Part shown: positions 1 to 12,951 of the stretch, in pieces
Numbering within the stretch: position 1 is the first letter of the stretch
How the letters are laid out: each line of letters starts with the position of its first letter
Origin: Anaeramoeba ignava BMAN
Taxonomy: Eukaryota > Protista > Anaeramoebae
Assembly: GCA_028826165.1 (NCBI GenBank)
Contig: JAPDFW010000092.1
Coordinates: forward strand, 434,001-498,000
Direction: 5' to 3'
DNA length: 64,000 bases
The notes under the pieces: generated by a model
Told to the model about the DNA's origin: nothing
Seen by the model: the letters and a program-made list of their open reading frames with translations, nothing else
The model's database searches: none
Made by a program: the position numbers and the translations under genes

Positions 1-720
1 TTAAATTAAATAAATATTTAATAAATAAATTAATTTTATTTTTAAATTTAAATAAATATTTTTATTAATTAAATAAATATTTTTATTAATAATTAATGAT
101 ATTTTTATTTAAATAAATTTAATCAAAAAAAGTGGAATAAAATATATTAATAAATAAATAAATTTAATTTTAATTAATTTTAATAAATATTAATAAATAA
201 ATTGATTTTATTTTTAAATTTAAATAAATATTTTTATTAATTAAATAAATATTTTTAATTAATAATTAATGATATTTTTATTTAAATAAATTTAATCAAA
301 AAAAAAGTGGAATAAAATATTTTAATAAATAAATAAATTTAATTTTAATTAATTTTAATAAATATTAATAAATAAATTAATTTTATTTTTAAATTTAAAT
401 AAATATTTTTATTAATTAAATAAATATTTTTATTAATAATTAATGATATTTTTATTTAAATAAATTTAATCAAAAAAAAAGTGGAATAAAATATTTTAAT
501 AAATATTAATAAATAAATAAATTTAATTTTAATAAATATTAATAAATAAATTGATTTTATTTTTAAATTTAAATAGTTATTATTAATTAAATAAATAATT
601 ATTTTAATTAATAATTAATGATATTTTATTTAAATAAATTTAATCAAAATAAAATATTTTTTTAAATTTAATTTTAATTAATATTAATAAATAAATTAAT
701 TTTATTTTTAAATTCAAATA
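1..720. repeat. AT-rich tandem repeat, ~175-bp unit, each unit containing AAAAGTGGAATAAAATA
   Basis: GTGGAATAAA recurs at ~132, ~307 and ~481 in near-identical AT-rich context; the same array recurs at 3610-4540. Confidence 0.85.
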
Positions 721-797
721 AATATTTTTAATAATTATTTATTGAAATAAAATTGAAAAAAAATAAAAGATTTGTTGATTTTTTTTTAGATTATTTG

Positions 798-2287
798 TTA
801 AATAAAATAAGTCTCAAGTTCATCAACAATCCATTTATTAAATGATCCAGCTAAATAACTTTCAGCTTGATTTGTTCCCTCTCGTATTCCATTATAAATA
901 TTGTAAGTATCTCCAAAATTCACAAAACCAGGTTGTAAATTAGAATGCAAAACAATATCACCTAAACCTCCTCCAAAACTTGGTCCTAGTTTAACAGAAT
1001 ACCTAATTGCGGTTTCTTCTTTTCGTTCTTGAATTGTAAATTTCTCTGGTTCTCTATCATTTTTATCATTTCTTAATGAAAAAATAAATGCATTTGGATC
1101 AGTAATCCATCCAAAATCATCTCCTCTATCTTTTTCATTCCATTTTGATTTATCATTTGTCCATCCAACTTTCAGTAAATCCTCCAAAAATATAATTATC
1201 TTTTGTTTTGATAATAATTAATGTTTTTCCTTTTTCATCACATTTTGAATGCCAATTTTGGGAATTAAATCCATCTCTTTTAGCTGAATATCCTTTTTTC
1301 ATTTTGTAAAAGAATTCATCATCATTTATCCATTCTTTTAATTTCTTGAAATGTTCAACTTCTTGAATTATTATTGATTTTAACCCAATTCTTGGTTTGA
1401 AAATGAATGAATTTTGATTTTGTTTTTCATTTTTAATAAATTCATATAATTCTTCTTTATTTTTTTCAATTTTCCTTATTAATAATTGAATTAGTTGTTT
1501 TGAAATTTGATTTGGAATTAAATCTTCTTTCAAAGTATCTTGCATTTCTTTTTTTGTAAAATCAATAAATCTGATTTTATCAACAATATTTGAAATTTGA
1601 TCTTGTAATTTTTCTTTTTCTTCTTTATCAAGTTTTTGATTTTCTTTTTCTTGATTAATATTTGATTTATGTTTTCCCCATTTTATTATTGATTGGAAAA
1701 TTTTAAATTCATTTGTGAAAATTTCATCATTTGATAAAATTGAATTTAAATGATTTTCTTCAAGTTCAAGAAAAAATGAAGTTTTAATAAATTCTTTAAA
1801 ATTTTCACAAATAAATTGATAAGAATAATCTAGTAATTGATTTAAGTTTCTTGATTCAGACAATTTAAGAATATCAATAATAGTTTCAAATTGTAAATTG
1901 TTTTTGATAAAATTTGAAGAAATTTCAATTAATTCATCAATTAAATATTTTGATGAAAAAATTAAAATTTGAATTGCATTTTCTGAATTAATTTCAATTT
2001 TTCCTGAATAAAAATATTTCAAAATTGGGAATAGAATTGAACTTGAAACATCTTTTAGAATTAATTTATTTTCTTGATATTCTTTCATTTTAGATTTGAA
2101 AAGAGATTTAAAATATTGACTTCTTGAAGAAAGAATTGATTTATGAGTTTTAAATGAAGTTTTATTTTGTTCACAAATTATTTCAAAATCAAAATAACTT
2201 TCATATTGGTTTTGATTTTTGATTTTGGTTTTGAAATAAATTTTTTAAATCATTTGAAAGTTTTTCTAAATTTGAATAAGTTTCCAT
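798..2287 (-). CDS. BTB/POZ-BACK-TLDc domain protein, copy 1 (apparent frameshifts near 2220 and 1187)
   Basis: ATG at 2287 (METYSNLEKLS, as in copy 2); BTB motif HKSILSSRSQYFKSLF...MKE...ILKYFYSGKI; BACK region; TLDc motifs YSAKRDGF..WHSKCDEKGKTLIIIKT..IFGGF, AFIFSL, GPSFGGG; stop TAA at 798-800. Confidence 0.85.
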
Positions 2288-2378
2288 TTTAATTTAAAAA
2301 TGAAAAGAAAAAAATGAAAAATGAATAATGAAAAATAAAAAATAAATAGAAAAATGTTTTTCTTTTTGTTTTCTTCTT

Positions 2379-3533
2379 TCAAAAACATTTTTCATGAATA
2401 ATTTTCGGTCCAATTTCATCATACTCTTCTTTTAGAACCCACCTTCTTTGGAAAATAGGAAAAGAAGAAAACATAGAACCACCAATCCAAACTGAATACT
2501 TTCCTTTCAAGAACTGAAGTAACTTTTGCTTTCATTCCTTTTGATTTTGCTAAATCATTAATTTCTTGTTTGAATCTTTGTTTAATTCCAGGAAACAATG
2601 AAGATCCACCAGATAAAACGATATTCGAAAATAAATCTTTTCTAATTTCATGATTTGATTTGAAAATTGAATTAAAAGTAATTTCATGAATTCCTGGATC
2701 TTCAATTTCCAATGAAAGAAGGCTGAAATAAAATTTCTGGACATCTAAATCTTTCATTTCCAAAAGTAATAATTTGACCATCAGGTAATTCATAGTCTTT
2801 ATCAATAGAAGAAGTTTCAGCTGCAATTTCCATTTCTTTATCAAAATCCAAAGCAATATAACAATGTTTTTCTTTTGATATCTCGAACAATTTCTCTTTC
2901 AGCAGTTGTTGTAAATGTATATCCTCTTTCAGCAAGAATTTTCATTAAATAATCAGTTAAATCTCTTCCATTCAAATCCAATTTTTGGACTGAATTTTGC
3001 AAAATAGCGCTTTCATAAATAGGGACAAATTGGATCACTCCTCCTCCAATTTCAACAACAATTCCAATTGATCTTCCAGTTGAAATTAATGATAAAACAG
3101 CTTGTTGTGCAAGATAAAAAGCTGGAACATTAAAAGTTTCAAACATGATTTGAATGGTTTTTTCTCGGTTTGCTTTTGGATTCAAAGAATTCTCAGTTAA
3201 TAAAACAGGATGTTCTTCAGGAGCAACTCTTAATTCATTATAAAATGAATGATGCCATATTTTTTCAATATCATCCCAATTTGTCACTATTCCTCGTTCT
3301 ATTGGATATTTCATTGATAATATTCCCCTTTTGGAAATTGCTTCATCTCCAACATATGCATCTTTTTGTCCCATTCCTACCATAATTCCCATATGTCTTG
3401 GTCTTCCTACTGTTGATGGAATAATTGCTCTTGGTACATTTTCTCCTGAAAATCCTAATTTTGATGTACATGATCCATTATCAAATACGATTGCTGGATA
3501 ATCTTCTTCAAATGAAAAATCTTCGAATTGCAT
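2379..3533 (-). CDS. Divergent actin paralogue (intronless, several apparent frameshifts in 3' half)
   Basis: [73 protein letters not shown], and C-terminus [19 protein letters not shown] (2379-2381), pieced together from several frames. Confidence 0.9.
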
Positions 3534-3609
3534 TTAAAAAGTAGAAAAAATCAAAAATTAAAAAAGAAAAAAATGAAATTATTTTTTTCTCCTTTTCTTT
3601 TTTTGATTT

Positions 3610-4540
3610 TAATAAATAAATAAATTAATTTTATTTTTAAATTTAAATAAATATTTTTATTAATTAAATAAATAATTATTTTTATTAATAATTAAAGATA
3701 TTTTTATTTAAATAAATTTAATCAAAAAAAAAGTGGAATAAAATATTTTAATAAATAAATAAATTTAAATATTAATTAATATTAATAAATATTAATAAAT
3801 AAAATAATTTTATTTTTAAATTTAAATAAATATTTTTATTAATTAATTAATTATTTTTAATTAATAATTAAAGATATTTTTATTTAAATAAATTTAATCA
3901 AAAAAAAAAGTGGAATAAAATATTTTAATAAATAAATAAATTAATAAATTTTAATTAATTTTAATTAATATTAATAAATAAATTAATTTTATTTTTAAAT
4001 TTAAATAATATTTTTATTTATTAAATAATTATTTTTATTAATAATTAATGATATTTTTATTTAAATAAATTTAATCAAAAAAAAGTGGAATAAAATATTT
4101 TAATAAATAAATAAATTTAATATTAATAAATATTAATAAATTTTAATAAATAAATTAATTTTATTTTTAAATTTAAATAAATATTTTTATTAATTAAATA
4201 AGTTATTTTTATTAATAATTAAAGATATTTTTATTTAAATAAATTTAATCAAAAAGTGGAATAAAATATTTTAATAAATAAATAAATTTAATTTTAATTA
4301 ATATTAATAAATATTAATAAATAAATTGATTTTATTTTTAAATTTAAATAAATATTTTTATTAATTAAATAAGTTATTTTTATTAATAATTAAAGATATT
4401 TTTATTTAAATAAATTTAATCAAAAAAAAAGTGGAATAAAATATTTTAATAAATAAATAAATAAATAAATTTAATTTTAATAAATATTAATAAATAAATT
4501 AATTTTATTTTTAAATTTAAATAAATATTTTTAATTATTA
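3610..4540. repeat. Second copy of the ~175-bp AAAAGTGGAATAAAA tandem array (about 5 units)
   Basis: GTGGAATAAA at ~3733, 3910, 4085, 4256, 4431; lies immediately downstream of BTB-TLDc copy 2, as the 1-720 array does for copy 1. Confidence 0.85.
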
Positions 4541-4601
4541 TTTATTGAAATAAAATTGAAAAAAAATAAAAGATTTGTTGATTTTTTTTTTAGATTATTT
4601 G

Positions 4602-6085
4602 TTAAATAAAATAAGTCTCAAGTTCATCAACAATCCATTTATTAAATGATCCAGCTAAATAACTTTCAACTTCAGTTTGAATTATATCGTATTCCATTAG
4701 GAATATTGTAAGTATCTCCAAAATTCACAAAACCAGGTTGTAAATTAGAATACAAAACAATATCACCTGAACCTCCTCCAAAATTTGGACCTGATTTAAC
4801 ATAATATCTAATTGCGGTTTCTTCTTTTCGTTCTTGAATTGTAAATTTCTCTGGTTCTCTATTATTTTTATCATTTCTTAATGAAAAAATAAATGCATTT
4901 GGATCAATAATCCATCCATAATCATCTCCTCTATCTTTTTCTCTCCATTTTGATTTATCATTTGTCCATCCAACTTTAGTAAATCCTCCAAAAATATAAT
5001 TATCTTTTGTTTTGATAATAATTAATGTTTTTCCTTTTTCATCACATTTTGAATGCCAATTTTGGGAATTAAATCCATCTCTTTTAGCTGAATATCCTTT
5101 TTTCATTTTGTAAAAGAATTCATCATCATTTATCCATTCTTTTAATTTCTTGAAATGTTCAACTTCTTGAATTATTATTGTTGATTTTAATCCAATTCTT
5201 GGTTTGAAAATGAATGAATTTTGATTTTGATTTTCATTTTTAATAAATTCATATAATTCTTCTTTATTTTTTTCAATTTTCATTGTTAATAATTGAGTTA
5301 ACGGTTTTGAAATTTGAATTGGAATTAAATCTTCTTTCAAAGTATCTTGCATTTCTTTTTTTGTAAAATCAATAAATCTTATTTTATCAACAATATTTGA
5401 AATTTGATCTTGTAATTTTTCTTTTTCTTCTTTTTCTAATTCTTTTTCTTGATTAATATTTAATTTATGTTTTCCCCATTTTATTATTTTTTGAAAAAGC
5501 CCAAATTCATTTGTGAAAATTTCATCACTTGATAAAATTGAATTTAAATGATTTTCTTCAAGTTCAAGAAAAAATGGACTTTTCAAAAATTCTTTAAAAT
5601 TTTGTAAAATAAATTGATAAGAAGAATCAAATAATTGATTTAAGTTCAATGATTCAGATATTTTAAGAATATCAACAATAGTTTCAAATTTGTAAATTGT
5701 TTTTGATAAAATTTGAAGAAATTTCAATTAATTCATCAATTAAATATTTTGATGAAAAAATTAAAATTTGAATTGCGTTTTCTGAATTAATTTCAATTTT
5801 TCCTGAATAAAAATAATTCAAAATTGGAAATAAAGCAAAACTTGAAAAATCTTTTAGAATTAATTTATTTTCTTGATATTCTTTCATTTTAGAATTAAAA
5901 AGAGATTTAAAATATTGACTTCTTGAAGAAAGAATTGATTTATGAGTTTTAAATGAAGTTTTATTTTGTTCACAAATTATTTCAAAATCAAAATAACTTT
6001 CATTTTGGTTTTGATTTTGATTTTGGTTTTGAAATAAATTTTTTAAATCATTTGAAAGTTTTTCTAAATTTGAATAAGTTTCCAT
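4602..6085 (-). CDS. BTB/POZ-BACK-TLDc domain protein, copy 2 (apparent frameshifts near 5690 and 4676)
   Basis: Closely similar to copy 1 at DNA level over the whole CDS and 3' flank; after a 1-nt shift it ends ESYLAGSFNKWIVDELETYFI-TAA at 4602-4604. Confidence 0.85.
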
Positions 6086-6139
6086 TTTTGAATTTAAAAA
6101 TTTGAAAAGAAAAAAAATGAAAAATGAAAAATGAAAAAT

Positions 6140-6805
6140 ATTTAAATCTAAAAAAGTAAACTATTATTTTAAACATAAAATTAAATTATAAAAACATTTT
6201 TAAATAAATTTCCAAATTAATTTATTAATTAAATTTATTCTTAATTTTTATATTTAATTTAATAAAAATAAAAAAAAATTATTTTAAAAATGAAAAATAA
6301 AAGATTTTTAAATAAATTTCTAAACATTAAATTATTATTTTAAACATAAAATTAAATTATAAAAAGATTTTTAAATAAATTTCCAAATTAATTTATTAAT
6401 TAAATTTATTCTTAATTTTTATATTTAATTTAATAAAAATTTGAAATTAAAAAATATTTAAATCTAAAAAAGGAAATTATTATTTTAAACATAAAATTAA
6501 ATTATAAAAAGATTTTTAAATAAATTTCCAAATTAATTTATTAATTAAATTTATTCTTAATTTTTATATTTAATTTATTAAAAATTTGAAATTAAAAAAT
6601 ATTTAAATCTAAAAAAGGAAATTATTATTTTAAACATAAAATTAAATTATAAAAACATTTTTAAATAAATTTCCAAATTAATTTATTAATTAAATTTATT
6701 CTTAATTTTTATATTTAATTTAATAAAAATTTGAAATTAAAAAATATTTAAATTGAAAAAAGTAAATTATTATTTTAAACATAAAATTAAATTATAAAAA
6801 CATTT
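6140..6805. repeat. AT-rich tandem repeat, ~145-bp unit, 4-5 copies, between divergent genes
   Basis: ATTATTTTAAACATAAAATTAAATTATAAAAA...AATTTCCAAATTAA recurs at ~6163, 6334, 6478, 6621, 6768. Confidence 0.8.
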
Positions 6806-6872
6806 TGAAAGAAAAATCAAATTTTTTATTTTTTTTTTAAAATCATTTTTTTATTTGCTTCTTCAAAAAATA

Positions 6873-7817
6873 ATGAACAAATTCACAATTATAATTTTAA
6901 TAATTTTCCTTTTAAAATTAACAAAATCAAATCCAAACGAAGATTTAGAAACATTTAGCTGTCCATTCTCCAACTATTGTCCAAATAAAACAGAAGTACC
7001 AATTTTTGAAGCAAATCAAACGATAGAAATGTACTTTCTTCAAGCACCATTACTAAAGCCAGAACTAAACAACACACTTGCGGGATTAAGCCTCTATCAT
7101 ACAGCAATTGGAATACTTGAAGTAAAATCAAATGAACAATATTTTATTGAATTTGATGCAATTTCCAATTTTGTCAATGCAGTGTTTCCAAATCTTGTCA
7201 ATACTACAAATTCCACCAAAATTATTTGGTGTGATACAGCTCATGTTTGCTTTTCAAAGGCTAAAATTTTCCCTCCTGAAAGTTATTTTACCAATTCAAC
7301 TCTAATTGGAAAAATGAACGGAAAAATTTTCAATGATTTTATGAATTGGGTTTTTGATTACAACACCTCTGTTACTTCTTACCAACTCTTTTACGCTATG
7401 GAGCTCTGGCCCCAACAAGAATACACTCCTTACATAGCATCTCAAGCTTGCTATAACTTTGTCTGGGATTCTCTCTATGCGTTGAATCAACTTGGTGCGT
7501 TTTTTTTGCCTGATTTGAAACTTCGTCATGATTTTGCTATTTTACATACAAAACCTCCTGTTGTTGTAAACCCAAAAGATCCCCAAATTCACCAAGAAAT
7601 AGTCGATTTTTATACTTGGTTTGATTGGCGCAATAAGACTTTTGAACAGATTATTAAGGATATTATCTTTTTTATTGAAGATCCAAAATTTCTTTATGTA
7701 AATGGTGATTATTTTTTGATTGAAATGGTTGTTCCTTTTGTTAGTGCTCATTATGCTGTTGAAGAATTATCTTTTGATTCTAAAAAACAATTTAAATTTC
7801 AATCCAAATCAAAATGA
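6873..7817 (+). CDS. CLN5: CLN5-like secreted/lysosomal protein (permuted NlpC/P60-type fold)
   Basis: Signal peptide MNKFTIIILIIFLL; motifs YCP, YFLQAP, YHTAIG, NAVFP, IIWC, GKIFNDFMNWV, SQACYNFV and LGAFF match CLN5 (LQAP, MHDAIG, FWCN, GNMFN, SYDCSKFV, FGAEF); multiple N-glycosylation sequons. Confidence 0.8.
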   Translation: MNKFTIIILIIFLLKLTKSNPNEDLETFSCPFSNYCPNKTEVPIFEANQTIEMYFLQAPLLKPELNNTLAGLSLYHTAIGILEVKSNEQYFIEFDAISNFVNAVFPNLVNTTNSTKIIWCDTAHVCFSKAKIFPPESYFTNSTLIGKMNGKIFNDFMNWVFDYNTSVTSYQLFYAMELWPQQEYTPYIASQACYNFVWDSLYALNQLGAFFLPDLKLRHDFAILHTKPPVVVNPKDPQIHQEIVDFYTWFDWRNKTFEQIIKDIIFFIEDPKFLYVNGDYFLIEMVVPFVSAHYAVEELSFDSKKQFKFQSKSK

Positions 7818-7930
7818 AATTAAATCCAAATCAAAATGAAATCAAAATCAAAATCAAAATGAAATGAAAATCAAAATGAAATCAAAATAAAAAATGGAAT
7901 TAAGATTTAATCATTTTCGTTTTATTAAAA

Positions 7931-10900
7931 TTATTTGAAAAAAACATTATCAGGTGGTGGTGATGGTGTTTTTTGTTTTCTTTTTGATCTTCCAGAAGAA
8001 TGTGAATGACGTTTTGTATTTTGTTCATGAGAATAATTTCGATAATTTCGATTTCTTGAATTTGCAATATAAGTATCTCCTCTTTTATGAGTAGAAGAAA
8101 AATGAGAAGTAGAAGAATGTGGACGAGAATAAGAACGAGGAGAAGGATATATTTGTGAAGAAGAATTTATTTTTGGTTGTTGTAAATTCGGAGGTTCATT
8201 CATTTGATTTCGGGAAATTGAATGTTGTTGTTGTTGTTGTATTTGAATCGATTTTTGTTGTTGTGATTGTGGTGATCGTTCTAGGAATTTATTCATTTCT
8301 TGGTTTTTAAAACTTGGAAGATCTGCGTATTGATTTGTCGAATAAAGTGTTGTTAAATAATCAGGAAAATTTTGTGATACTTCTTGAGTTGATGTGAATA
8401 ATGGTAATTGATTTTGTTTTTGTGGATTGGTTTGATTTAATTGATTTATTTCTTGATTAAGTTGATTCATTTGATTCATTTGATTTAATTGATTTAATTG
8501 ATTTAGTTGATTTAATTGATTTAATTGATTTAATTGATTTAATTGATTTAATTGATTTAGTTGATTTAGTTGATTTAATTGATTTAATTGATTTAATTCA
8601 TCATCCATTTGTTGGGTTATTTTCTGGTTGATTTCTTTTTCAATTCCTTGTTGATCCGTTTTATTCATCAATACTTCATTTTTGGTTGATTTTTCTGAAA
8701 CTCCCCAATAATTTGATTCACTTTCTTGTTTTGGTTTGTTGTTTTTTGGTTGTGAATATTTGACAGAAGGAGAATTCCATTCAATTTTGGGTGTTTGTTT
8801 TTCATTATTTGGAAGGATTGGTAATTTTTGATAATTTTTGTGTTGTTCTTTTAATTGTTTTTCTTTTAATTGTTGTTCTTTTAATTGTTGTTCTCTTAAT
8901 TGCTGTTCTTTTAATTGTTGTTCTTTTAGTTGTTGTTCTTTTAGTTGTTGTTCTCTTAATTGTTGTTCTCTTAATTGTTGTTCTCTTAATTGTTGTTCTC
9001 TTAATTGTTGTTCTCTTAATTGTTGTTCTCTTAATTGTTGTTCTCTTAATTGTTGCTCTTGTTGTTGTTCTTTTTGTTCGGCAAACCACATGACTCTCAA
9101 CATCACTTCATATGGATTGTTTTGCAATTCCACTGGTTGGATATTTGATGTTAATGATGAGTTTTGAGTTAAATTTTGGAGTTGATTTTGGATTAAATTT
9201 TGAAGTGGATTTTGATTTGAATTTAATGAATCTAATGGGTTTTGTTTTGGGTGTTCTGTTTGTTGTGTTTTTTGAATAAAAGCATTATTTCCAACGGGAC
9301 TTTCAAAATTAAATTCAATGGGTCGTTGAAGATTTGATAGTTGTTCAATTTTTCTCGATTGAGATAGGTTTGATTTTTTTGAGTCTGGTTGATAAATTTT
9401 GTTTTCTTGTTTGAATGATTTTTCATGAATAAAATCTTTTTCTTTTAATTGTTGTTCTTTTAATTGCTGTTCTCTTAATTGCTGTTCTTTTAATTGCTTT
9501 TCTCTTAATTGTTGTATTCTTAATTCTTGTTCTCTTAATTGTTGTTCTTTTAATTGTTGTTCTTTTAATTGTTGTTCTTTTAATTGTTGTTCTTTTAATT
9601 GTTGTTCTTTTAATTGCTTTTCTTTTAATTGTTGTTCTTTTAATTGCTTTTCTTAATTGTTTTTCTTTTAATTGTTTTTCTTTTAATTGTTGTTCTTTTA
9701 ATTGTTGTTCTTTTAATTGTTTTTCTTTTAATTGTTGTTCTTTTAATTGCATTCTTAATTGCTGTATTCTTAATTGTTTTTCTTTTAATTGTTTTTCTTT
9801 TAATTGATTCTGAGATTTTTCTTGTATTGAATTCTCAATTTCCATTGAATTTGTATTTGAATTTGAAATTTTATTATTTTTGTTTGTGATATTTTCTGTA
9901 ACATTTGTTTTTTTCAATTTGGTTTCATGATCTTTTTCAATTTTATGAATTTGATCTGCCGAATAAAATCCAGAATATTCAAGATAAGGATCTGACAATT
10001 CATCAATCAATGGAAAAATATTATTTTCATCAAAAAATATTGAAATTGATTTTCCATTTGATATTAATTTTTCCAAGTCTATTTCAAAATCCAAATCAGC
10101 TTCTTTTTCATTTTCAATTTGATTTTTGTTTTCATTTTCAACTTGATTTTCAATTTTTTTTTGATTTTGATTTTGATTTTGATTTTGGTTTTGATTTTGA
10201 TTTTGGTTTTGATTTTGATTTTGATTTTTGTTGTATTTGGCTCTGAATCTGATTTATAATCAGATTTTGATGTTAAATTTGGTTTTGGGTTTGATTTTGA
10301 TTTTGATTTTGATTTTGATTTTGATTCTGATTTTGATTTTGATTTTGATTTTGATTTTGATTTTGGTTTTGATTTTGATTTTGATTTTGATTTTGATTTT
10401 GAATTTGATTTTGATTTTGGTTTCGGTTTTGATTTTGGTTTTGATTTTGGTTTTGGTTTTTGTTTTGGTTTTGATTTCGATTTCGATTTTGATTTTGGTT
10501 TTGATTTCGATTTCGATTTTGATTTCTTATTGCGATCACTTTCAGATTGATTGTCACTAGAACTTTTACTAATACTTTTGCTATCACTAATTGATTCATT
10601 TTGAGAGTCAGATTCAGATTGGGATTCAGATTCAGATTGGGATTCAGAATTAGATTCAGAGTTAGATTCACTTTCAGAATTAGATTCACTTTCAGAGTTA
10701 GATTCAGATTCAGATTCAGATTCAGAGTTAGATTCAGATTCAGAATTAGATTCAGATTCACTTTCAATAGATTCAGATTCACTTTCACTACTTGATTCAC
10801 TTGGACTTCGATAAACTTTTTGTGATTTCTTTTTTTTTTCTTCTCTTTTTCTTTTTGTATTTTGTCTTTTTTTTTGGTTTTTGTTATCTTTTTTTTGATT

Positions 10901-11204
10901 TGATTTCTTTTGCATTCCTTGGTTTTTTGGTTGTGATTTTATTAGTTTCTTTTCGAATAAAATTTGTTGATTATCTTGATTGTTCAAGATTAAGTCTTGG
11001 TTTGTTATTTGGTTGTTTTCTAAATTAAGAAACTATTTAGGAAAAGAAATTTGTTAAAGAAATTTTAAATGAAATTTTTTTTTTTTTGCATTTCCAGAAA
11101 AAGAAAATAATAAGAAAATAATTATTAAAATTAAATATAAAACTTACTTCATTAAAAAGAAAAAAATTAAATTGTTGATTTTCGTTATAAATTGATTCAT
11201 TCAT
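7931..11204 (-). CDS. Low-complexity Ser/Glu-, Ser/Lys- and Gln-rich protein of unknown function (1 intron, frameshifts in repeats)
   Basis: Proposed exon 1 is 11204-11148 ([19 protein letters not shown]|GTAAGT); the acceptor AG at 11033-11034 joins in phase 0 to ORF 10079-10987; continues through (SE)n, (SK)n, (EQQLK/R)n, (NQL)n to the stop at 7931. Confidence 0.55.
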
Positions 11205-11326
11205 TTTTGATTTAGAAAAAAAAAATGAAAAAAATGAAAAAAAATGAAAATAAAAATTTTTATTTAAAATTGTTTTTTTGTTCCACTTTTTTATTTCATT
11301 TAGATTTTGGATTGAAATGAATAATT

Positions 11327-12736
11327 TTAATTCTTTTGTCTTTTATCAAAATGAGGAGGATTGTTCCAAGCGCCGTATTTAATTGACTTTCCAGAACGTT
11401 GAACCCTTTTTTCAGAAGCAATTAAATAATTATCACGAATTTCATCAATTTTGGATTTGCCATCATAAAGATCATATTCCTCTCTAAAATTCTGGGGGGT
11501 AACAATTGGCATCATAACATTTGCACCTGAAGAGAGTGCGATTTCACGACCGAAGGGATGAATAGCATGCAGGGCTGTTGTTGAAGCGATGTTGATTTCA
11601 TTCATCATAACTCGAGAAATTGCATACATTCTTAAAGTCAACTGGAAAGATCTCAACAGATCCTTTTGGATCTCAGAATGGGTCTTTGATTGGAATATCT
11701 TGTCGCCCATAGGCGTGTTTTTGGCAGGGATGTAGGGACCCATTCCAAGCATATCAATATCCATCTCTTTGAAAAACAAAACATCATTCGCAAGATCCTT
11801 TAAGGTTTGATCAGGAATTCCGATCATGACTCCAGTTCCGACTTGGTAGCTGAGTTTTCGCAGATCCTGCAAGCATTGTAAACGGGTGTCAAATGAGTGG
11901 TTGATGTTCTTCGGATGGATTTTTTCGTACAGTTCCCGATTCGAACTTTCTATGCGCAAAAGATATCTCATAGCTCCGGCCTCTTTGAGTCTTTTAAGAT
12001 CACTATAAGATAATTCACCCAAAGAAAGAACAACTCCAATTCCTTGTGGATATTGCTCGTTTGTGGTCATTTTTTTGATTTCCTTGATTAGATCAACAAG
12101 ATAATCCATCCTGTTCGTTGCAGTGAGTTCTCCTGATTGAAGAAGTAAACATCCAAAATTTAGTTTGTGAATTTTGTCAACACATTCTAATATTTCTTCT
12201 CTTGTCATCGTAAATCTCTTCAAATAAGGATTCCCTTTCCGGATTCCACAATAAAAACAGTTTTTTTGGCATATATTTGAAAACTCAATTATTCCTCGAA
12301 AATACACTTTATTATCAAATACTCTTCTTGCAATTGAATCCGCAAATTTGAATAAATATTCATCTTCTTGCCACGTTTGATTTTCTAAAAGTCGAATAAT
12401 TTCATTCTCCTTGAGTTTAGTTCCTGTCTCCGTTTTTGGGGATTCTATCAATATTTTTGTCACTTCTTCAACTCTTTTTTGGATCTTTTTTGGATCGTTT
12501 TCTTCTTTATTTTTATATTCCATTTTTTTTAAATTCTCTGTTAGAAAATCATCTGTTTTTTGATTTGTTTTGAAATGTCTTTTTGTTCGGTTTTGATGAG
12601 TTGGCTTTATTATTGGAAGTCTTTTTGGTTTTTGTATGATTGTTGTGATTAGATTTTTTGTTATTTTCATGCTTTTTTGATTAATTTGTTTGAGTTTAAA
12701 AGATTTTGCATTTTTTGGGAAAATTTTAGAAAGCAT
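11327..12736 (-). CDS. hydE: [FeFe]-hydrogenase maturase HydE (radical SAM) with N-terminal organelle-targeting-like leader
   Basis: RGIIEFSNICQKNCFYCGIR (CxxxCxxC), LLQSGE, LSLGE, GAMRYLLRIESSN, VGTGVMIGIPDQT, DMLGMGPYIP..TP, GANVMMP, YDLYDGK; real ATG at 12736 (MLSKIFPKNAKSF..., basic and acid-free). Confidence 0.9.
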   Translation of the reverse strand: MLSKIFPKNAKSFKLKQINQKSMKITKNLITTIIQKPKRLPIIKPTHQNRTKRHFKTNQKTDDFLTENLKKMEYKNKEENDPKKIQKRVEEVTKILIESPKTETGTKLKENEIIRLLENQTWQEDEYLFKFADSIARRVFDNKVYFRGIIEFSNICQKNCFYCGIRKGNPYLKRFTMTREEILECVDKIHKLNFGCLLLQSGELTATNRMDYLVDLIKEIKKMTTNEQYPQGIGVVLSLGELSYSDLKRLKEAGAMRYLLRIESSNRELYEKIHPKNINHSFDTRLQCLQDLRKLSYQVGTGVMIGIPDQTLKDLANDVLFFKEMDIDMLGMGPYIPAKNTPMGDKIFQSKTHSEIQKDLLRSFQLTLRMYAISRVMMNEINIASTTALHAIHPFGREIALSSGANVMMPIVTPQNFREEYDLYDGKSKIDEIRDNYLIASEKRVQRSGKSIKYGAWNNPPHFDKRQKN

Positions 12737-12951
12737 TTTGTTTGAATTTAACACACAAACTAAAACTAAAACAATAAAAATGAAAATGAAAAAAATTTGT
12801 GAAAAGAAAAAAATGAAAAAAAAAAAGATCTTAGAAAAAAAAAATTTTTTTGGGGATACAAATTTAATCGAAAAAAAAAAAACCAAGTTTAATAATTCTC
12901 GATAATTTGATTATTGAAAAATTTTTTTTCTTTATTATTAAAATTAAAAAA

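Noticed and set aside
11327-12736. Biotin synthase BioB or PylB instead of HydE
   Set aside because: RYLLRIES, GMGPYIP..TP, GANV.MP and the C-terminal YxLYxGK motif, plus the organellar leader, fit HydE better
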